In this document: one piece after another, positions 60,900-64,000 of the stretch
How positions within the stretch are numbered: position 1 is the first letter of the stretch
Layout of the letters: each line of letters starts with the position of its first letter
Assembly: GCF_000281045.1 (NCBI RefSeq)
Contig: NW_008246077.1
Location: 342,326-406,325, forward strand
DNA from: Saprolegnia diclina VS20
Taxonomy: Eukaryota
Direction: 5' to 3'
DNA length: 64,000 bases
Translations under genes and position numbers: made by a program
The notes under the pieces: model-generated
Databases searched by the model: none
The model's input: only the letters and a program-made list of their open reading frames with translations
What the model was told of the DNA's origin: nothing

Positions 60900-61574
60900 T
60901 CAAGGTTGACCCTGTTGGTCTGTCGATGGGACGCTACTGCTCTCTTGTGGCGGCGCGCACAGCTCCCATATGCGCTGGGCATAGCCCCTAACCTCGGGAT
61001 TGCTATCCTGAAGGCTCTGGCGCGCAGCGGCGGCAATGGCTTCGCGCGATTCAACATCGTAGTACGTGATCCGCCAGAGCGTCCGCAAGGCAGCGACGCG
61101 CACCTCATCCTCGTGCTTGCCTAGCAGCCGGAATAGTGTGCTGGGGAGTGGTAGCCCACGTAGCAGCGCCAATGATTCGGTCGCATCGATAACATTAGCG
61201 ATCACGTCAACAGCGTCGACAACGGTGGCGCTGTCATCGACCTGGACCAGCGCACCGAGAATTGACGCCAGTGTGCTGCGGTGCGGCTCCACAGCAGAGG
61301 CGAAGGCTCTCGCACCCGACATGGCCTCCACTGCCGATGCGATACCGCCATGCAGCTTGGCGCGGTCCCGGTGCCACAGCAGCTTGAGCAAATGCGGCAA
61401 ACTCGCACGGACCAAGAGCGGCACGCAAGACGCATCGTGGGCCGCGACGTTCCGAAGACGCTGCAGCGCCGCGACTTTATCCGCAGCGGCGCCCGAGTGC
61501 AGCGTCTCGTGGAGGTCCTCGATGGCCGCGCGACGGTTGTCGCAGTAGAGAGGTCGGCGACTCGTTGGCAGCAT
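60900..61574 (-). CDS. Short armadillo/HEAT-repeat protein
   Basis: LPHLLKLL, VVDAVDVIANV, LFRLLGKHEDEVRVAALRTLWRI, LQDSNPEVR. Confidence 0.7.
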   Translation of the reverse strand: MLPTSRRPLYCDNRRAAIEDLHETLHSGAAADKVAALQRLRNVAAHDASCVPLLVRASLPHLLKLLWHRDRAKLHGGIASAVEAMSGARAFASAVEPHRSTLASILGALVQVDDSATVVDAVDVIANVIDATESLALLRGLPLPSTLFRLLGKHEDEVRVAALRTLWRITYYDVESREAIAAAARQSLQDSNPEVRGYAQRIWELCAPPQESSSVPSTDQQGQP

Positions 61575-62219
61575 GGTCGTTTTGATATTTGCTGTGACAT
61601 GTTGGAATTAAGTCGTGTGATTGGTAAAATTTGAAAAATGGCACTAGAAACCGAGAGACCAGGTTTGTTGAAATGCTATTTTGAACCGTAGCAATAACTT
61701 CAAGTGTACTTATCGAAGCGTAACTCATTAGTAGGTAAAGTCTTACCTGTGAAATTTTACATTTCACAAAATAGACGTGATGCAAACACAGAGTATGATA
61801 CCACTGAGTTATACTTCTCTGTCAGGCAGATCGGGGTGATTTCCGTGGAGCCACTAGCTGAATTTTCCTACTAATGAGTGCGACGCTATTTATTTTCATG
61901 CCTTTACTCTTTGTAACCTCGACCCTAAACCGCTAGCGCGCGCGTGCGCCGCCGGCCAAAGGGTGTACTCTCGCTTGACGAGGGCATATGCTTCTAGTTT
62001 TGGGTGCGTGTACAGCCAGATCACCGGAACTTGACTATCTGATGTCGAGGAAATTGATGTCGTCGCGCATTGGCGTATGCTGACAGCAAACACTAGTTCT
62101 AGTTCACATTCCATTTTGCATTCTCGTACACATGCCGATGTTCAGGGAATACGGCCTCCCTTCGCATGTGTTTGTGTTGATGGGCAGCCATCCGGTCACG
62201 GTCACATTGACCTCAACAA

Positions 62220-62440
62220 ACTGCGTCGCTTTGCCGCCGATCGCAAAGCCTGGAAGGCCTTTACGAAGCATAGGCCTCACTCGCGGCCACAAGCGCCCAT
62301 TTGCGACTACAAGAAGACCAAGACGAGCCCCCGCGCCGCCGCCTGCGCAGCCACGGCCCGCGAGCGAATGGAGAAGACGGAAATTGCTAGTCTCTACGTA
62401 TGCGAGGTCTTTGTAACATCGAAGATAACGCGAAACGCAT
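62220..62440 (+). mobile_element. Degenerate LINE-like 3' remnant homologous to 325-550
   Basis: LRRFAADRKAWK; shared blocks GCCTGCGCAGCCACGG and ATTGCTAGTCTCTACGTATGCGA. Confidence 0.6.
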
Positions 62441-62838
62441 ACATACTAGGTGCAAAAATACTGACTGCCCCTGGGCACGGGTTCCTGTACAGTCTCATCC
62501 CAACGGTCTTCCCGTAGGACGATCTACAACGATGAATCACAACGCCTTGTCCCCGGCCCAGTGGTTCGAGAGCTGACTAGATATGAATATCCAGTGCTCA
62601 ACCACTGTATGAGGCATCAACTGCCACAGGTCATCCAGAGACGCCAGCGACTGAGGTAGCGCCAGCGACTGGAGACTACAGTCATAATGGGATTGGCGGA
62701 GCTACAAACAAATTGTTCTTCGTTGATCCACGTCAAGGCCGAGCTCGGACCCACACGCCGCGTGGCCTCGAAAGATCGCGATCGGTCCGAGGTGGGGCAA
62801 GCCGACACAACCTACGACTGACGCGCACACGCCGCATT

Positions 62839-62854
62839 GCTCATTTTTCTTTTT
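62839..62854 (+). promoter_or_regulatory. Oomycete initiator (INR/FPR) core promoter element upstream of the VOC gene
   Basis: GCTCATTTTTCTTTTT fits the oomycete consensus GCTCATTYBNNNWTTY and ends 13 nt before ATG 62868. Confidence 0.6.
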
Positions 62855-62867
62855 CATTCGACGCTCG

Positions 62868-63269
62868 ATGCGCTTCAACCAGTTTACGCTTCCAGCAACG
62901 GACCTTCCCGCGTCCATTGCGTTTTACTCGCGTCTTGGCTGCTCGCCGATCGTCGTCACGGAAACGTACGCGCGCTTCGAAGACGGCGCGGGTGGCAGCA
63001 CGTTCTCGCTTGAAAAAGTGGACCAAGAGGTCCCCAAAATGCCCGGGCATCACGCCATGACCATGTACTTTGAAGTTGACGACGTGGATGCGACTGTCGC
63101 AGCGCTCTCGGCGCAGGGCGTTGTGTTTGACGAGCTCCCGGAAGACAAGTCGTGGCTCTGGCGCGAGAGTCGCCTTCGCGACCCTGCAGGCAACCGCGTG
63201 TGCTTGTACTATGCTGGCAACCAGCGCCGCTTCCCGCCGTGGCGCGTTGACGGCCGCACAGCTCCGTAA
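62868..63269 (+). CDS. Glyoxalase/bleomycin-resistance (VOC) family protein, bacterial-like
   Basis: NQFTLPATDLPASIAFYSRLG, YARF, YFEVDDVD, PEDKSWLWRESRLRDPAGN, RRFPPWR; 133 aa, intronless. Confidence 0.9.
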   Translation: MRFNQFTLPATDLPASIAFYSRLGCSPIVVTETYARFEDGAGGSTFSLEKVDQEVPKMPGHHAMTMYFEVDDVDATVAALSAQGVVFDELPEDKSWLWRESRLRDPAGNRVCLYYAGNQRRFPPWRVDGRTAP

Positions 63270-63311
63270 TCGACCCTTTCAACACGCGTCTATTTTTAGC
63301 GCTTCGATTTT

Positions 63312-63357
63312 TTTGAGTGGGTTCGATATTTGAGTGGGTTCGATATTTGAGTGGGTT
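63312..63357 (+). repeat. 17-bp tandem repeat, about 2.7 copies
   Basis: TTTGAGTGGGTTCGATA repeated with period 17. Confidence 0.85.
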
Positions 63358-63446
63358 GAATTCGCAGGCGGGTTGACCGTATTGGTACATAAGACAACCT
63401 AGCAGACTGCAACATGCATACCCATATGTTTGGTTATGGACACTTG

Positions 63447-64000
63447 TTAGCTCACGCATGAGCCTTTTGTTGGGCGATACGTGGTCGATTTACCGAGCGT
63501 GGTGTGTGCCGGGGCGGGTTTGAAGTGGTAGTTGTCGATCCACGCTACAATGTGCGGTGGCAAGAGCGCGTGCGGCAGCAACGACGGCATGAGGTCGTAT
63601 ACCGACACGATCGCAATGACGTTCGAGCTTGCATTGGCGGCTGCGTCGCGCGCACTGCCAGGCACATCCTGGGCGATGACTGCAATCTTGTGCGTCACGG
63701 GCGCTTCCTTGATCATGGCGTAGCCGAGCATGGCGATCGTGCTGGGCTTCACAAAGAGCTTGGTGCCGTACTTGATGCAGTCGTTTTCGTACAGTGGCAG
63801 GACCGTCACAAACGACGGTATGAACTGCGTCGCCAAGAAGTCATTTCGCGCAAAGTAGCGCAAGTCCAACAACACACGGCGCTGCAGTAGCATCGGAAGT
63901 ACAATGCTAATGGCCAGTGTTCCAAAGAGGCAATTCAACACCGTGGGTTGCAAGAGCGAGACCGCTGTCGGGACCTCCAAGGTAGCAAACGCGCCAAGTG
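63447..64000 (-). CDS. 3' part of a transmembrane protein paralogous to 1672-3648 (runs off the window)
   Basis: Colinear near-identical peptide, e.g. LPLYENDCIKYG, KEAPVTHKIAV, AWIDNY, YRPTKGSCVS. Confidence 0.88.
   Translation of the reverse strand, partial: LGAFATLEVPTAVSLLQPTVLNCLFGTLAISIVLPMLLQRRVLLDLRYFARNDFLATQFIPSFVTVLPLYENDCIKYGTKLFVKPSTIAMLGYAMIKEAPVTHKIAVIAQDVPGSARDAAANASSNVIAIVSVYDLMPSLLPHALLPPHIVAWIDNYHFKPAPAHTTLGKSTTYRPTKGSCVS

Noticed and set aside
1..64000. tRNA, rRNA, telomeric arrays, or a prokaryotic operon/defence island
   Set aside because: None recognised by eye. Bacterial-like families here (ArgA, DUF389, TrhO) carry spliceosomal introns and have known eukaryotic members.

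Overview
Gene-dense eukaryotic DNA with many short (about 40-55 nt) GT-AG introns. Gene content, intron size and promoter motifs point to an oomycete, probably Saprolegniales (inference, no search run). One assembly gap (692-1363). About 26 protein-coding genes are supported: a calcyphosin-like EF-hand protein, a p25alpha-like multi-exon gene largely missed by the ORF track, ArgA-type N-acetylglutamate synthase, Tim10, an NnrU-family protein, dynein light chain, cytosolic carboxypeptidase, DUF389, neurochondrin, a RING-H2 ligase, two LRR/WW proteins, SDHAF4, myotubularin, a TrhO/TSTD2 rhodanese, a sorting nexin, a degenerate 2OG-Fe(II) oxygenase-like protein, an S33 peptidase, a VOC protein and two paralogous membrane proteins at the window ends. 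Mobile DNA: an intact hAT-type MITE and two homologous LINE-like 3' remnants. Most notable: (1) an intronless, probably myristoylated triple-TIR protein with one catalytic-type Glu and a C-terminal Zn finger, lying between two LRR genes; (2) a bacterial-looking VOC gene with an oomycete core promoter; (3) a TATCCGG/CCGGATA motif concentrated in divergent promoters. Exon models were built by eye and splice boundaries are approximate.
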